A stretch of 64,000 nt of DNA, taken from assembly GCF_963921235.1 (NCBI RefSeq), contig NC_086097.1, positions 101,868,001-101,932,000 on the forward strand. The letters run 5' to 3'. A program made the position numbers and the translations under genes. Within the stretch, counting starts at the first letter, position 1; every line of letters begins with the position of its first letter. This document shows, one piece after another, positions 61,732 to 64,000 of this stretch. The notes under the pieces are model-generated. The model ran no database searches. It worked only from the letters and a program-made list of their open reading frames with translations, and had not been told where the DNA came from. The stretch is from Mobula hypostoma (Eukaryota).

Positions 61732-63084
61732 AACTGAAGGAAGAGTGAGTAAGGGATTTGAAAGTTGGAGGGGGAGATCCAAAATGATAGGAGAAGACAG
61801 GAGGGGGAGGGATAGAGCCGAGAGCTGGACAGTTGATTGGAAAAGAGGATATGAGAGGATCATGGGACAGGAGGTCTGGGAAGAAAGACGGGGGGGGGCA
61901 ACCCAGAGGATGGGCAAGAGGTATATTCAGAGGGACAGAGGGAGAAAAAGGAGAGTGAGAGAAAGAATGTGTGCATAAAAATAAGTAACAGATGGGGTAT
62001 GAGGGGGAGGTGGGGCCTTAGTGGAAGTTAGAGAAGTCAATGTTCATGCCATCAGGTTGGAGGCTACCCAGACGGAATATAAGGTGTTGTTCCTCCAACC
62101 TGAGTGTGGCTTCATCTTTACAGTAGAGGAGGCCGTGGATAGACATGTCAGAATGGAAATGGGATGTGGAATTAAAATGTGTGGCCACTGGGACATCCCG
62201 CTTTCTCTGGCGGACAGAGCGTAGATGTTCAGCAAAGCGGTCTCCCAGTCTGCGTCGGGTCTCGCCAATATATAAAAGGCCACATCGGGAGCACCGGACG
62301 CAGTATATCACCCCAGTCGACTCACAGGTGAAGTGATGCCTCACTTGGAAGGACTGTTTGGGGCCCTGAATGGTGGTAAGGGAGGAAGTGTGAGGGCATG
62401 TGTAGCACTTGTTCCGCTTACACGGATAAGTGCCAGGAGGGAGATCAGTGGGGAGGGATGGGGGGGACGAATGGACAAGGGAGCTGTGTAGGGAGCGATC
62501 CCTGCGGAATGCAGAGAGAGGGGGGGAAGGAAAGATGTGCTTAGTGGTGGAATCCTGTTGGAGGTGGTGGAAGTTACGGAGAATAATATGTTGGACCTGG
62601 AGGCTGGTGGGGTGGTAGGTGAGGACCAGGGGAACCCTATTCCTAGTGGGGTGGTGGGAGGATGGAGTGAGAGCAGATGTACGCGAAATGGGGGAGATGC
62701 GTTTAAGAGCAGAGTTGATAGTGGAGGAAGGGAAGCCCCTTTCTTTAAAAAAGGAAATTTTGGCATGAACATCGACTTCTCTAACTTCCGCTAAGGCCCC
62801 ACCTCCCCCTCGTACCCCATCTGTTACTCATTTTTATGCACACATTCTTTCTCTCACTCTCCTTTTTCTCCCTCTGTCCCTCTGAATATACCTCTTGCCC
62901 ACCCTCTGGGTCACCCCCCCCCTTTGTCTTTCTTCCCAGACCTCCTGTCCTATGATCCTCTCGTATCCCCTTTTGCCTATCACCTGTCCAGCTCTCGGCT
63001 CTATCCCTCCCCCTCCTGTCTTCTCCTATCATTTTGGATCTCCCCCTCCAACTTTCAAATCCCTTACTCACTCTTCCTTCAGTT

Positions 63085-63120
63085 AGTCCTGACGAAGGGT
63101 CTCGGCCTGAAACGTCGACT
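63085..63120 (+). ncRNA. Minimal type I hammerhead ribozyme (predicted cleavage after GUC at 63116)
   Basis: agtc-CTGACGA-agg-gtctcgg-cct-GAAAC-GTC-gact: complete conserved core, stems I and II paired, palindromic ACGT mini stem III. Confidence 0.85.
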
Positions 63121-63497
63121 GCACCTCTTCCTACAGATGCTGCTTGGCCTGCTGCGATCACCAGCGACTTTGATGTATGTTGCTTGAATTTCCAGCATCT
63201 GCAGAATTCCTGTTGTTAACTATTTGTGAGTCTGGTGGCCCTGGTGTGGATGCTACATAGCCTCCTCCCTGATGGGAGTGGGACAAACAGTCCATGACTA
63301 GGGTGTGTGGGATCCTTCATGATATTACTGGGCTTTTTCTGGCACCTTTCCGTATAAATGTCCTTGATGGCAGGTAGGCTGCTGCTGGTGATGTGTTGGG
63401 CAGTTTTGACTAGTCGTTGTAGAGCCTTCCTGTCCACTGTAGTGCAGTTTCCACACCATGCAATGATACAGCTTGTTATGATGTTCTCTCTACTGCA

Positions 63498-64000
63498 TGT
63501 AACGCTCTGGTAAAGGTTTTACTGCTACTGTTGCAGGGTATTTCATGTAATGGTCTTTCTGTAGAAGCAATGTTTGAGTTACTGTTGGAGATAAGGGATG
63601 GTTAGGAATGTGGACCATCCAATCAGCAGAGTGAAATGGGGAGAAGGTTCTAGAGAAGCCTGGGGGAGCAGTTTTGTGACCAACACTGGTAGTGGAGTTT
63701 TGTCTTTGTTCAGCAAGAGATGAAGAGAGAAGACGCTGGAGAGAACCAGTCATAAGATTCGATCCGGTGGGGAGATACGCCTCGATGGAGCCCAGGTGCG
63801 GAGGTTTGCCAAGGATCGGTGAATATGGCTTTTGGAAGATTTGAGCTCCAGCCTGTGCACATTTAACTGTTTCATTAATTTGCTTTTTTCTTTCTTTTCT
63901 GTACTAACTTGTTGGTTAAGTTAATGTTTACAAATATACTTCTTTATGATTGTATGCAGTGTGCGATCTGTTATTTCATGCTGACTGGCTATTGCAGGGC
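63498..64000 (+). mobile_element. LTR of the PNMA-gag Gypsy family, running off the window end
   Basis: Begins TGTAACgctctggtaaagg like 17595/45904; tgtatgcagtgtgcgatctgttatttc matches 49012-49040. Confidence 0.65.

Larger units (their letters stand above)
61637..63219. mobile_element. Penelope-like insertion with inverted pseudo-LTR arms (61637-62052 and 62762-63217) and a GIY-YIG ORF remnant on -, inserted into a Rex/Babar 3' fragment (~61310-63495)
   Basis: VIYCVRCSRCGLLYIGETRRRLGDRFAEH (62018-62344); TSD ctatttgtga at 61627-61636 and 63220-63229. Confidence 0.92.

Noticed and set aside
7300..64000. Exons of a neighbouring gene such as EXD2 (adjacent to GALNT16 in human)
   Set aside because: No matching peptide was recognised; short exons could have been missed without alignment tools.

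Overview
Vertebrate nuclear DNA; the repeat repertoire suggests a cartilaginous fish, which is an inference. Only one host coding feature is recognisable: coding exon 1 of GALNT16 on the minus strand (7146->6973), lying in a CpG-rich region. Positions 1-6972 are therefore intron 1 and include a ~135-copy 18-bp minisatellite. Positions ~7.3-64 kb are upstream DNA made almost entirely of nested, decayed retroelements: CR1 LINEs with SGNH-esterase ORF1, Penelope-like elements, Rex1/Babar, RTE, R4/Dong, Tx1, I/Nimb-like, L2, two Gypsy families (one with a PNMA-like gag), solo LTRs and a Tc1 MITE. The most interesting signal is a hammerhead-ribozyme (HHR) series from the Penelope family. Two perfect minimal hammerheads sit in the inverted arms of one insertion. 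A 145-bp TIR/TSD-bounded mini-element carries little more than the hammerhead and the element's 3' terminus. An 18 x 28-bp tandem array has a unit that is exactly the hammerhead core, ending at the cleavage triplet. Element family calls come from motif recognition without database searches, and most repeat boundaries are approximate.
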